DNA from: Callorhinchus milii
Taxonomy: Eukaryota
Length of the DNA: 64,000 nucleotides
Assembly (NCBI RefSeq): GCF_018977255.1
Contig: NW_024704742.1
Location: 63,118,001-63,182,000 of the forward strand
Direction: 5' to 3'
Part shown: piece by piece, positions 38,831-52,219 of the stretch
How the letters are laid out: every line of letters starts with the position of its first letter
How positions within the stretch are numbered: the first letter of the stretch is position 1
Notes under the pieces: model-generated
The model's database searches: none
Told to the model about the DNA's origin: nothing
Seen by the model: only the letters and a program-made list of their open reading frames with translations
Position numbers and translations under genes: made by a program

Positions 38831-39019
38831 TCTAACATGGGGGTTGGGTTAATAGCCCATGTGCTAACTATGTTCGAACATGTACAGGTACCCTTAATTA
38901 CGCTTATGTAATTAATGCCAAACGAAAAGGATGAGAGGTCATTTGGTAATCCTTTTTTTGCTTAATAAGGCATGTGAACATGTTAGCACAAAGGTGATTT
39001 ACACAACCCATATTTTAGA
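38831..39019. repeat. Degenerate long palindrome (MITE-like relic)
   Basis: Left arm tctaacatgggggttgggttaatagcccatgtgctaactatgttc versus reverse complement of right arm tctaaaatatgggttgtgtaaatcacctttgtgctaacatgttc. Confidence 0.6.
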
Positions 39020-39239
39020 TTAAATACAATTAATTTATTAAATTTTTTTCAATCGCTGGTGGGCAACTTCAAGCACAATTTTCATTTAAGTCTGCTGTCC
39101 ACCATAAGTAAGTGACAAGGAACATTGGTCAATAATATAATTGGTTCAAAATTAAAAGTAATACCTGTAGTTGGATCATTGTAACCTTGTAAGTACAGTA
39201 GACATCTGTTACCTGAAGTGACAGGGTCATGTCAATGGG

Positions 39240-39625
39240 AGAAAGCCATGCATTTGTTTGAAATAATGAGTCAGAAGGTTGTGGGTTTGAATCCCACATC
39301 GGGCCTTTGGATCTTTGCAGTCCAGGCAGACACTTAAAGCAGTGCTCAGGATATACCAAATTGTCATCCTTCGTATAGGACATTAAGCTGAGGTCCTATC
39401 TGCTTGTCCAGGTGGGTGTTAAAGATCTCATGCACAATTCAAAAAAGGGAAGGACGTTTCTTTTGGTGTCCTGGCCAACAATCCCCCAAATACAATTGGA
39501 CATTGGCAGTTTTTGGCATTCACCTACAAACTATTTAATCACTACACTTTATAGTAAATTCTGTGAAGTGCTTCGAAACATCTTCCCAATATAAAAAGCA
39601 CTGTATCAAATTCCAGAATTATTAA
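39240..39625 (+). mobile_element. Deu-domain SINE
   Basis: gagtcagaaggttgtgggtttgaatcccac; gttaaagatctcatgcac; ggtgtcctggccaac. Confidence 0.8.
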
Positions 39626-41147
39626 TGATAGTGTAAGCTTCTACATATTCATTTGAACTTGAAATAGATCCTTAGTTTATCATCTCATCTGACAGATTGC
39701 CATTTCAAACATTTACAAGCACAGAAAAATCTATCACATACCAAAATAGACTAAAATTCTTAAAACAGAATTGTAGTCTGAAACACACCTGCCTAGCATT
39801 TCTCTTCAAAGAGTTAACATGCTTGGGACCAATTAAATTTAGTCAGTTGTGTGACTTTTTAACAATTTAATCACTCAGTATTTGTGATATTAAGATGGTG
39901 GAACCTGCTGAAATTAATTTGCAATTAAAATACAAAAATCCCCCAAAGCAAAAAATCATGTAGTTAAACTAAGACTTGTACAAAAATGGTCTGGTATCAG
40001 CTATCGGGATTACAGATTACAGTGCAATCATCTTCATTAGTTATTTTGTAATTAGTTGCAGGTGATTGTGTAATCCTTTTCATTAGTTATTCATTCTGTA
40101 ATAAGGGGATCTATAATTCCCTCTATACAGATGTATTAACTCATGGTTTATGCAGCTCCTACAAAATACACACCTATTTACATATGGGTTATACAGTTCC
40201 CACAATGAACCTCACAACTCCTATTTTTCCTAAGTGATTATTATAGGTAGGTGTTTTAGATAACTGAGTATTTGGGGTTCTTTGGATCAGACATTAAAAG
40301 CACCAACAATAACTTGCATTTACAGAGTGGGATAACATCTCGGGGTAGTTTGACATTGAGAGCAAGAAAGGAGCAGTGACAGTAGGCAACACACTCAAAG
40401 AGTAAGTCTTCAATTAAAGTCCACTATTCAAAAAGAGAAGGCAGTTTCTATCGGTGTCTTGGGCAGCAATCCACCTGATAAAATTGATCATTCACTTCAT
40501 GGCTGTTTGTGAGATATTGCTTTGCCCAAATTGGCTGTTCATTAGCCTACAAAATGCACAGTTATGACAGTAAATCCTGTGTAGAGCTTTGAGATGTCCT
40601 CTTGATTTGAAATACTCTATATCTACAAAATATACAATCAATTCACTTTACAGAATATTCTGTGGAGTGTTTTGAGACATCTCAAAAATTTGGTAAGGTG
40701 CTATATCAAATGCAAGGATTATTATTATCAAATGTAAGGATTATTAGTTGTATTATTATTTTCAATTATAAGGATTATTATCTTATTATCATATGCCAAT
40801 AACTGTGAATTTGCGATTATATTATTCATTATTCACTTTGGAGCATAGATTAAGAGGTAATATTTCTGAGCTCTACAAGATCCTGTATGGAATCAATGTA
40901 ATGAAACAACAAGGTCTTCACAGTCAATGCTTGGTTCAGAAACTGCTTTAACCTGGGCAAATATCACTATGACTGATGTTACTTATCACAATACTCATTC
41001 TCCTCGTTGTTCTGAAGACGCTCAGAAGGTGGAGAACATCTGGACAAGCAAATAGCCGGTTGCGCAAAGAGCAACCACTCATTCAAGAGAAATCCAGACA
41101 GATTTCTTAAGGAAGAGGAGATCAGCAGTGACAGACTAGAAGCCAAA

Positions 41148-41345
41148 TATAATAATAATAATAATAATAATAATCCTTACATTTGATATAGCGCTTTTCA
41201 GGTCGGGAGGACATCCCAAAGCGCTTCACAGAACACACTGTAAAGTGAATTGACTGTATATTTGTGGGTGAACGCGGCAGCCAATTGCGCACAGCAATGT
41301 CTCACAAACAGTCGTAGATTGAAAATGACCAATTTATTATTTATT
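41148..41345 (-). mobile_element. Young SINE 3' half (subfamily with L2-identical loop)
   Basis: Near-identical to 14310-14515. Confidence 0.9.
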
Positions 41346-43079
41346 TGTTTTTGATGTCATTGTGATGCCAATAATATCAACTTCCATTTATTTAGCGTGC
41401 TTTATGCAGGATATCATCAGCATAGTGTAACTGGGTAAAGGGAATTTCCAGCAACGCTTTATGTTGTTCGTGACCTGGGCCTCTCCTGGAGCTTTAGTAC
41501 TGACTTGAGTGACAGAGAGGAATCTTTCAGGACAATATTTATCCCTAAAAATCAGCCAATGTATTTTTTGTTTGTTTTTCTCTGATTGTTCAACTTCCCT
41601 GGGAGGGCAATGTGAGGCCAGCACAGGGTGGAGGAAGCATAGGTGACAGGAGGCTAGAGGAGGCCCAGCCCTCCCACTCCCCCAATCTATCTACAGCTCA
41701 TTTCTTTAATGGGAGCTCAGAGGGGAACCATTGCCAGTCCTCCAAGTGGCCCCAACCCGCGGCACCCACGTAGCCCCTCTTACTTCTCTCCCAACCTGTC
41801 ATTGGCATCCTCCCATGCCCTGCACAAAAGGCTGCCCGGCGGAGCATCCTCACCTCTGATTGGCGTTTGGACCTGTCAATCAAATCAACAGCTTGCCTGC
41901 CGGAAAGGGGCTCAAGCCTTTAACAGAGTTTTACTCAGCTCCCTCCCACCAAAGAATATATTCATTCACCTGCCACCTATGGTAGGAGGTGGGGGTGGAA
42001 TGGGGCAACTTTTCCAGGAGAGACTGGATGAATCTCTCGCCTTTTTCCACTCTTTTCTGTCTATGTATTAATGACAGATGTTACTTATCACAATCCTCCT
42101 TATAGGCATCACTGCCTACAAAAATACACGGTGACAATACTTAACAGTAAATTGTTTAAATCACATTGAAGGATATGAACGGCTCTATATCAATTAAGAT
42201 TATTATAATAATAACATTTAAAATAGAGCCTTATCTTGAAATATCTCAAAATGCTTTACAGGAATTTACTATGAAAGACAGTGACTGTGTGTTTTGTAAG
42301 TAAATGTGGTAGTCAATTTGTGCACAACAATGTCCCACATATAGCCATGAAGTTAATGATCAAATTTAACTGGCGGGTTATTTGACTGCATAACAAAGTT
42401 ACAATAGTTTAAAATAACTCACTGCTTGAAGCACTTTGAGATGCTACCAATGTGAGTATACCACGCTGTCCAATGCAAGTATTATATTTATCAGGGATTT
42501 ATCAGGTTATTAAGTACAATAGAAACCAAAAATGTGAGTTTCAATGAGCAATATTAATATCAATTTTAATTTTCACAAATCCTCAGCAAACTCAGCACTG
42601 AAGTTTTTTTTTAGGAATGTTAGTATTAGTATGTGGCCTTCTGCAGCATAAACACAACAGCATAAATAACTTCACTGAGGTTCTTCTAGGAGGATAAAGC
42701 ATGACTCCAAAATGCTCTGATTCAGAGTAAATAAAGAAACCTTTAGGCAAGAATCATCTCCAGGGATTTGAAGCTGCAGTTTCAGCCTGATAAAAATGTA
42801 AAGAAGATGCACACCCTATTGATTACAGGCTTTAAAAACACTTCTTCAATGCTGCCAGCTGAAAGCAGAGAAAGGCGTAGCATGCTGTGAAGAGTCCCTG
42901 TCTAGTATAAAGGATAATTAGAGATTAAAAAGCAGAAATGTGCATTTCACTATTTTAGAGGTGGATGGCATCTAAAGGGACAAATTTATTGTGCCTTTCT
43001 AAGCATTTCTGACAGAATTACATCACTTCTGTTTGCTGTTACTGTTATACTCTTGGGATAGTGCTGTACTCACCATCTT

Positions 43080-43720
43080 GAAGTCCTGCCGCGTATTAGT
43101 TAGAGCACTCGCCTCACAAGCAAGAAGATTCTGCAGATTCTGAAATCTTAGGCATCTTTCCTTATTCCACACTCCTCTGTTTACTTAGCAGTAAGTAGGA
43201 ACCCGTTTGTTGGTCGATTGGCGGATTGCTTTCTCGAGGTAATAATTCCTTCAAAAAACATGATCACTCAATCATACAAAACATAGAAACATACAAACAA
43301 GAGTAGGCCATTCAACTTCTTGAGCCTGTTCCGCATTTTATAAGATCACAGCTGATCTGTACCTCAAGTCCAATTACCCGCCCTTGCTATTCACCTGAGT
43401 CTTGAAGATGTAAATGGATCCAGCATCCACAACCTTTTAGAGGAGAGTGTTCCAGATTTCCATTACCTTTGCATAAAAAACGGCCTCCCAATTTCACTCC
43501 TAAATAGCCTAGCTCTAATTTTAAGATGATGCCCCCTTGTCCTGTATTTCTCCACCAAAGGAAAGAGTTTCTGTTTGTGGGACATTGGCTGTGTGCAATT
43601 GTCTGCCGTGTTTCGTTAACAGAATGTACAGTCAATTTACTTTACAGTGTATTCTGTGAAGCGCTTTGAGACATCTTAACCACTTGATAAGGCGCTATAC
43701 CAAATGCAAGTTTATTATAT
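43080..43720 (+). mobile_element. tRNA SINE interrupted by an antisense CR1 (HER1-type) 3' fragment at about 43275-43570
   Basis: SINE body stops at gatcactcaatca and resumes at ctgtttgtgggacatt; the insert begins acatagaaacata...gagtaggccattc. Confidence 0.8.
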
Positions 43721-44389
43721 TGTTACTGAACATTGGGCCACTTTGTGAAACATGATGGCGGGTGCCCTAAAGTGTGATATTATGACTCTGCGTGGCTCGA
43801 GCGGGAAACTCAAAGGTATTGATTGAAGGATATGAAGGGCATCAGTATCAATTGTTGATTCATATCAGTGTCTGAGAGTTGGGGTGATATCTAGGTGCTG
43901 GGGTTTCTTAGACACTGTGTTTTGCAACCAACTGAGAAGAGGTGAAGGACACTTTCATCGCTCTTTAATAACATTTTGGTCAGACTACTCCAGACGGATG
44001 CCTGACATATCCAGGGCCTCAGGACGTCCTTCCAGTGTGAAAGGTGCTATATAAATGTAATGTGGTGTTGTTCTGAAAATCCAATAGCATGCTTAAGAAT
44101 ATCCAAACCAGACCGAGAGTTTCACGTATGTCACCTATACATAGAAATACCCACGTTTAGAAGGGAAAGTGCACTCTTTCCCCAGAAGGAGAGAGTGATT
44201 ACCTCATTCCGAGATAAAACCACATAGCTTGCCATTGAGAGCACTGTCTGGTAAGTGCCCATTGTTTATCCAGCTAGGACCACCCTACCCATTAGGCCTT
44301 TGGCTTGCAAGGTTAGCACGTGCTGAGTGAGAAGAATCTGTGGCTTATAATACATGTGTCTAAACTCTTGAGCATGCATAGAATGTATA

Positions 44390-44725
44390 TCAGCGTGGCT
44401 CAGCTGGTATCACTCACATCTCTGAGTCAGACGTTTGTGGGTTCAAACCCGACTTCAGGACTTGCAATGTATGTAGGCCATGCGGTGGTGAGGGTATGCT
44501 GCATTCTTGGAGGTTCCGTCCTTCGAATAAGGCATTAATCCAAGATCCCATCTACTTGTTTAGATGCACATTAAAGATCCCATGGCTTTTCGAAAATAGT
44601 CTCCCAATAAACATAATCATTAACTACATGGCTGTTTTTTTGGATGTGCTGTATTCAAATTGATGTCTGTGTTCACCCACAAAACACATAGTCACTGCAT
44701 TTTACAATATGTCCTGTGAAGCCTG
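44390..44725 (+). mobile_element. Deu-domain SINE
   Basis: gtggctcagctggta...tctgagtcaga; ggaggttccgtccttcg; ttaaagatcccatggc. Confidence 0.75.
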
Positions 44726-47387
44726 ATAATGGAATAGTGAAATCAAGTTTGTCCTCTAAGGCAGTTCCAGTTCCTAATACAAGTAGGGCTGTAGTTGTCC
44801 AAGGCACTGTTTGTAACAGACTAAACAGCCTGACTTGTCAACAGGACTTAGACGGGTAGAATAGGTCACTGGGAGCAAGATTTCTGCCTATTCAGCTCAC
44901 ATTTATACACTCCCTTTCAAGTAGGGAAATCATCTTTTACAAAGTGATATACAAAGTGAGAGCCAAAGGTAAGAAGAAGATGGGGAGGAGGCTTCTGATA
45001 TTCCATTGCACATCACTTTGGAGCTAGGAGACTCCCAAGGCAAGGAGAGCTTTGAAAGTCAACAGCCTAAGAGATAGGAAGGTCCTTGTTGGACAAGCAG
45101 CGGGAAGCTTGACAGACAATGCTATGCAAAATTTGCCTACGAATTACATAGTAATTGCAATCTAAAGTAAATACAATGAAGAGCATTGAAATGTTATTAA
45201 CAATGTGATAAGGTGTTACATCAAATGCAAATATCATTATTAGTAGTATCTTTATTAAATTAAAAAAACAAATAAAAATATTCATAAACTAGGCAAGAGT
45301 CTACAGATGATCAAATTCTAGATTGCTTTGTTTATTTGCAGGATGGATGTTTGATGCTGTTATGCATTCAAAGTGGGTGATGCCATAAAAGTATTTGTAA
45401 AATATGTTAAGGAGCACACAACTGAGAGACAGACAGAATCAACTGAGCCATAGAGTATTTCATGAACTTGACCCTGGCGGTTGCTTTGAGCATAAAGCAT
45501 TTTGACAATTTTTTACTGGAGTCGCCCACAGGCAAGCCTAGGGATTTTCAATGGCCTGATGCATAATTGAACAACTTTGGTTCTGCAGGGGATGATTTAC
45601 TCTCTGAGCTTCTATACGTGAAGAACAAAGTTTCAGTGACAACATTATCTCAGTGGAGAATTGCATAGCAGGAGAAATGGAGTGCAACACTTCATTGCTG
45701 CGTTTCCATACAAAATAGTTAGATTGTTATGGAGGGTTGAACCTGTTTAGGCTTTTATATTCTTGGCAATGAGAATCGATGCTCATTTTTAACACCGGTG
45801 TCTTTTGAATAGCTTCTCCATTCATTACACTGTAAAGGATTGACAGATAGCCCACATGTCTATAACGTTATAAAGGATGGAATGGTCTTCAGTAGACCAC
45901 ACAAAAAGATTGCAATGGCATTCATACAAGCCTAGAAATTTTCAGCACAGAAGGAGGCCATTCAATGCTGAAAATTATTTTATATAAGTTGCACAACATC
46001 ACAGCCATCTCTTTCCTGGAATGTTCTGAATCCTTCTTCACTCTGAATGGAGTGCACTTCTATGAACAAAATTTGTTTATTATTTTTTTCTGGCATGTTA
46101 ACCTCTGCTTGTATAGCTAGAATCACACTATATTGGGGACTTTGGTTTGCAGGATTAAGAACAGCAGGTAGATACACGTATATCGTGCCTTTCAAGTAGG
46201 GAGATCATCTTTTGCAAAGTGCTTTATAAAGTGGGAGTCAAAGGGAGGAGGGAGATGGGGGAAGGAGGAATCTGATCTCCATTGCACATCACCTTAGAGC
46301 AAGGAGACCCCAAGGGGGCAAGGAGTTTCAGAGAGTGGGGCCAGAATGGCTGAACGCTAGCCCACCACTGGTGGGGTGGGTCAGGCGGGGGAACATTTAG
46401 GTAGCTGAGTGGAAGGTGCAGATGGGGCTGTTTGGTTGTAGGAGGTCAAACAGAGTGGGTGGGGAAGGCCATGGAGGGATTGAACACAAGTACAAGGATC
46501 ATAAAATTGATCCACTGGGAGATGGAGCTGAGCAAGGATGGCAATAATAAATAATAATAATAATGCTTGCATTTAATATAACGCCTTATCATGTCATCAA
46601 GGCATCACAAAGTATTTCACAGAATATACTATAAAGTGAATTGAATGTATGTGTTGTGGCTGAAATGCGACAGCCAAATGCATACAGTAGTTCCCACAAA
46701 ATATACAGTCAATTTACTTTACAGTATATACTGTACAGTGCTTTGAGACATCTTGAAGATGTGATAAGGCGTTATATCAAATGCAAAGATTATTATTATA
46801 ACTTGAATTATATCGTAGAGCCATCACCATGGCAATGAGGCAAGGGTAGATGTAAACATAAGCAGCCCCTGTTCAGATTTTGCAGCGTTGCCAATGTTGA
46901 GTCTCTAATTAGTTCCTTCGCTTTCACTGGAGGCTGCAAGGGCTGCTCTTTCTTTTCGGAGCTTTCTGGTTAATACGTTATTTATTCTGTTTCCTTTTCT
47001 CATCTACAAATGAGATATTAAAACCCATACTAGTCTCTGTGCAAAAAATCATTAGTGACCTTTACCGTTATTTCCAAGCTGTTGCAATTTGCATCATTTT
47101 ACCACACAAAGAACTCAGAGTAAACCACAATCCTGCTGCTAAACCGGCAACCGAGAGACACAATCCAGTGACGGAGTCAAATGCACGACCCAGATACAGA
47201 CATTGGCATTGAGAACGGTATCGGGATATGAGTCCAGCTCGTCAGGTTTCATTCATAATGGTATAAATTCTTGAATCCGAATTTCACATTACGTCTAAAT
47301 CATCAAAACTTCTCAAAGCATTTTACAGACTGTATTTTTATAGATGAAACCAGCAGCAATGTCCCAGAAACAGTTATTTGTAATATA

Positions 47388-48735
47388 TCAAGGTAGGATT
47401 GAGTGCCCAAAGCTGAACACAGTACTCCAAATGAGGTCTGACCGGTGATCTATACAGAACGATCTCCTTTTTATATTCCAGATCAATTGTAATAAATCCC
47501 AGCATCCCATTTGCTTTATTTTTTGCATCTGTGAATTAGATTTTAATGATGTATAAACTTGAATCCCTAGATTTCTCTGCTCATCCACCTTTCCTAGTGC
47601 TTCCATATTCAGAATATACTCCCAACCACTATTCTTTTGTCTCAAGTGTACTCGTTCATACTTATAAAGATTTACAAAGAATGTGCAGCATGGAAATAGG
47701 CCACTCAGCCCAACCAGTCGTGCTGGTTTTCATATTCCACATCATTCTCCAACAGTTTATTTACTCCCTCCCATACCCTTACACCCTTCTGTTCCCCTCT
47801 CCCTCATGTGAAGGTCCAGCTTCCTGTTAAATGCATCTGTACTATTTGATTCAACCACCAGCTCGCACAGCGAGTTCCCTAATCTGAGTATCAATTCCAC
47901 AATCTCACCACTTTAATGTTAAATTAAAGTTTAATAATGTTAAATTTTCTTTGCCATATCTCTGCCCACTTGATTAATTTGTCTGTTGCCTCTTTGTAAT
48001 GTTTGCCTGTTCTATTCAAAATATGCAACATCTTCTGGTTCTGTCATCAACAAAGTTAGAAATAACCCTCTCTATCCCTATATCACATTCATTGACATAT
48101 ACTGACAATGCAAGGATTATTATTATTATTATAAAGTGAAAATCTGAGCCCCAGCAATGAACCTTAGTTGATATCACTCATCACTATCCACCAAACAACA
48201 AATGACACTTTTCTACAAACTCTCTGCCTTCTATCCCCAACCAGTTTCTTATCCATGACACAATATTGCTTTCAACTTCACTTGCCTTAATTTATGTTAA
48301 TAATCTTTCATGTGGCACTTTACCAAATGGTTTCTGAAAATCCATATGAATGGAATTAACTGATTCCCCCTTAATCTATCACCTCTATGCTTCTGGCCAA
48401 TTAACTCCATTAGATTTGTGAGACATGATGTACCCTTCACAAACCCAAGTTGACTCTCCCTGATCCGTGCATATTCAGCCAGATGCTCAGTTATCTGCCC
48501 CGATGATATAATCTACTAAATTAGTTGCCACTGAAGTTAAACTCATGTTAAACCTCTGGGCCTTCCTCCCTTAATGGACTAGCAATTTCTGTCCTACAAT
48601 CCTCTGGTACAATTTCCAAATCAATTGAACTTTGGAAAATAATAATTAAAGCCTCTACTGTTTATTCTGCTATTTATTTCAGTATCCTGGGGTGGAAACT
48701 GTGTGCACCTGGAGATTTGTGCCCTCTACACTCTG
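47388..48735 (-). mobile_element. Old CR1 ORF2 remnants with nested tail fragments
   Basis: Antisense remnants of CR1 RT motifs (cagacctcatttggagtactgtgttcag; gattttcagaaaccatttggtaaagtgccacatgaaagatta). Confidence 0.7.
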
Positions 48736-49490
48736 TGCAGAGAAAACTGATCTCGGCAAGAGGGCTATGTTCAGTACAAATCTGGAAAATCTGCCAGTGT
48801 TTCTGGTCCTGGTGGTTGACTAGTGACCCCTGCTGGAAACTTGTTGAGTGTAGCCATTGAGTGAGGACAAGACCAAGCTTGGCTGTGACGTCCCCCAATG
48901 CTTGGCTCATCTTCCAACACACAGTATCCTGCAATACAATAACATTTACACGTATATAATGCCTTTAACATCAGAGCAAAGTCTTAAAACATGGGTGGAG
49001 GAGGGGAGAGATAGTAATAATAACCCTGCATTTGATACTACGCCTTTCAAGTCACGATGTCTCAAAGCACTTCACAGGATACATTATGAAGTGTAATGGC
49101 TATGGAATTGGCAGGCGAACACAAGATGACCAAAAGCGCAGTTGAAGAGGTAAAACAACAACATCTTGTGTTTATATAGCGCCTGTCATGCAGGATAATG
49201 TGTCAGAGAACTGCAAAAGTAGGAAGAGAGGGGACGAGGCTGAGGATCTTCCTCACACATGACAAATCGTTGTTGGGGAGGTGTTAGAGGGTAGCTTGTG
49301 CCTATAGAAATTTGTTTTACACTTTGAAACTTGATGACTGTGTAGTGCAGCCAATTTGTACCTCTCAGCAACTGCCTCAATTGTAAAATGAATATGAAAA
49401 AGAAGTTGCTGTGAATAAGAGCAGCCTAGATATGCAGTTTGTGGTCCACATATCAGGTACAGTCAGTGGTCTACATTGGAGATACAGTCA

Positions 49491-49860
49491 GCACTGGGGG
49501 CAAGAATTCTTCCCATTCAACTCCTGTTAACCCTGTAAACCAAAGCCCCAACGGGTAGAGTGGACAATAGATGGAAAGCTTGCCAGAGAGTGCTTTCAAT
49601 GGCAAGCTATGTGGTTTCAACTGATTAATCTCCAGCAGTATCCGAACTCACACTCTAGGAGCCCCTCGCCTTGGCTCTTGCCAACCTACGCCTAATACTC
49701 TCCAGAATCAGATAAGGCAGTAGTGTGCCTCTGCGGAGAGTTCGAATTCCATTCCAAACATGGCAATTTTCATGTGTAGGTAGCATGCATATGTGGAACA
49801 CTCAGTCTGGTTTGGATACTTTTAAGTATAGTGATGGATTTTCCACATGCTTCAGAAATA
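49491..49860 (+). mobile_element. Unclassified element flanked by 36-bp imperfect direct repeats
   Basis: Homology to the 31095-31585 family; flanks 49455-49490 and 49863-49898 match at 31 of 36 positions. Confidence 0.7.
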
Positions 49861-51055
49861 AAAGGTACATTCAGTGGTCTACATACAAGGTACAGTCATA
49901 TGCCTAAGTTATTATTTTCCAATGCTGATGTGTACTTGTGCCACGTTTGATCTGTCCTCATTAAGAAGAAGCAGAGATACTGGAACACAGATCTGATTTC
50001 AGCACCTGGTCCCTAGGCACAGGCCGGCCTAGTCCTGCTGGAGAGGTGATCTGGTCACCTGGTTTGCTCAGGTGGTCACGAAGACATGGTTCAGGTCCTC
50101 ACTGTCCTTTGACAATTTGTAGACTAGAAGAGTTTGAGGGGAATTGGGGCTTGTCTTCAGGGACAACCCTCATTTCCTAAATGAAAAGCATTCAGTCTAA
50201 TTCGGCTAAGGGGGATGCGCAGACCTAACCTCATTCATTTAAAAAATAGATTGGAGTTACAGGGTAATTTTCTGCTTATTGATAAATGTAATATCCAGGG
50301 AAAAGTGTGATAAAGATTTAATAATAGTGTCATGTATATGGCTCTTGTTTCCTGTATTCATTTTTAATACTTGTATCCCAATATTTATCACATTCTTTAG
50401 CCACCCTACATCTGTATTTGATGGCATTTTTGGTGCTGATTGCATTTTCCCATTGGTAATAGCACAAATCTCCTTCACGATGAGCTGAGAGTCTCAGAGA
50501 GGGACTTAAAAGTGGCAGCAATTGTCAATGTCCAGAGAATATGATAAAGCAGTTGTTAGTAAATGCTAGGAAAATGCAGCCATGAGAGTAGAAAATAAAT
50601 CTACAGAAATTATGCAAAGGCTTTGCAAGTGTGGTCAGACCAGAGTGTGGTTAACATCTCATTCCACATATGAGTTTACATCACATCTGATGGATAGCAT
50701 ACATGGCATTTCAGTGCTCCCCTAGAACTGCACTGGGGTGTCAGCCTAAATTGTGAACTCAAAGTCCTGATGTATGCCTTGAACCCACAACCCTCCTGGC
50801 TCAGAGGTAGATAAACTAAGCCTGGCTGACACCTTATAATTTCTTAAACTTATTAAATGTCCTTGCCTCACGGAGAAGGGAATGGAGGGGTGTAGGAGAG
50901 GGGAATAGGAAATTAAGGTGCAGGCTTGTGTGACCTATAAACTCTAACACAGATTAATTGAGCCAAATAGCCTGTTTGCGTCCCATATCATTCTATTTAA
51001 TTCTATGAATTAATAAGCGAATGTAAGGCATGTGACAGAGTGGGTCAACTAATCG

Positions 51056-51275
51056 TAGAATCATAGAATGTTACGGCACAGAAGGAGGCCATTCGGCCCA
51101 TCGAGTCTGTGCCGGCTCTTTGACAGAGCAACTGACTTTTATTAACCCCACTCACCAGCTTTCTCCCCATAACCCTGCAAACCCGTCTTCTCCAGATACC
51201 TATCCAGTTCTCTCTTAAAAGCTGTTATCGAATCGGACTTCACTGCCCTTTCGGGCAGATTATTCCAAATCATTC
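51056..51275 (-). mobile_element. CR1 3' tail fragment
   Basis: tagaatcatagaa...gaggccattcggcccatcgagt, the same family as 6626-7045. Confidence 0.85.
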
Positions 51276-52219
51276 CAAAAACTAATATTGACATTCATTT
51301 TTAAGCTTACAAGTGATGCACTTTATCAAGTTAATTCAAGCCTGCATTGTGATAGCCCTACACATAGTAACTGGTAAATAATTGTAAATTTCATATATGG
51401 TTCAACAACACCCAAATCACATATCGGTTGTTCCAAAGTAATTGTTAAGCAGTATCTAAATATGCATCTTCTCATCAAACCCTGAAGTGATTCAATTGTT
51501 TCTTCTCTAATGATACCATTCCATTAAAAAACAAATAAAAACAAATCTCCTGGAGACTTCATATTTTCCATTAAATGAGTTTCAGACCCAATCCTCCACT
51601 TTCATTAACCTTTCAGTCATCCACCAGGGATGCTCTCCAACTGCAAGTCTACTGTTGCCGTCCGTTCTGTTACACGATGATGAGCTATAATATGCTTCAT
51701 GGAAGTAATTATAAGGTTCCCAGATGATTAAACGCCAACTGTGCCATGGATATTAAATGTTATTAATAAAAATGAAATAAGCTGCTGCCAGTGTATGGTC
51801 CCCACGCTTCCCATAGCTGTCGTGTTCTTTATTATAAGCGTAAGTAACATGTCTCTGGTTATTTCAGACCATTTCTAAATGCCACAATTGACATTGATTT
51901 GTGTGGTAATATCTCAAGACCCGAAATATATTTGCTTGTTAAAAACAGGTGCAAGTTCAGTTTGATACATTTTCCAATTAACCCAGCAACTTGTGTAAGT
52001 GCGTGAAATTTTGCAGTCCCGAGTGTGATTTTTTTAGTCACCCTGATGCAAAAATGTTAGCAGTAATGGAGCAAAGCAAAGTAAATGCAATAACAACTTG
52101 ATTTTTATAGTGTGTTTCGCGTCGGACAATGTCTTAGAGCACTTCACAATGGACAACGAACTAAAAGGAAAGGGAGGAGGGGAGATGACCATAGCTGTAG
52201 TAAAAGACATAGATTTTAA

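Noticed and set aside
47100..47290. CpG-rich, coding-looking stretch
   Set aside because: The frames examined close quickly; no convincing splice sites or recognisable peptide.
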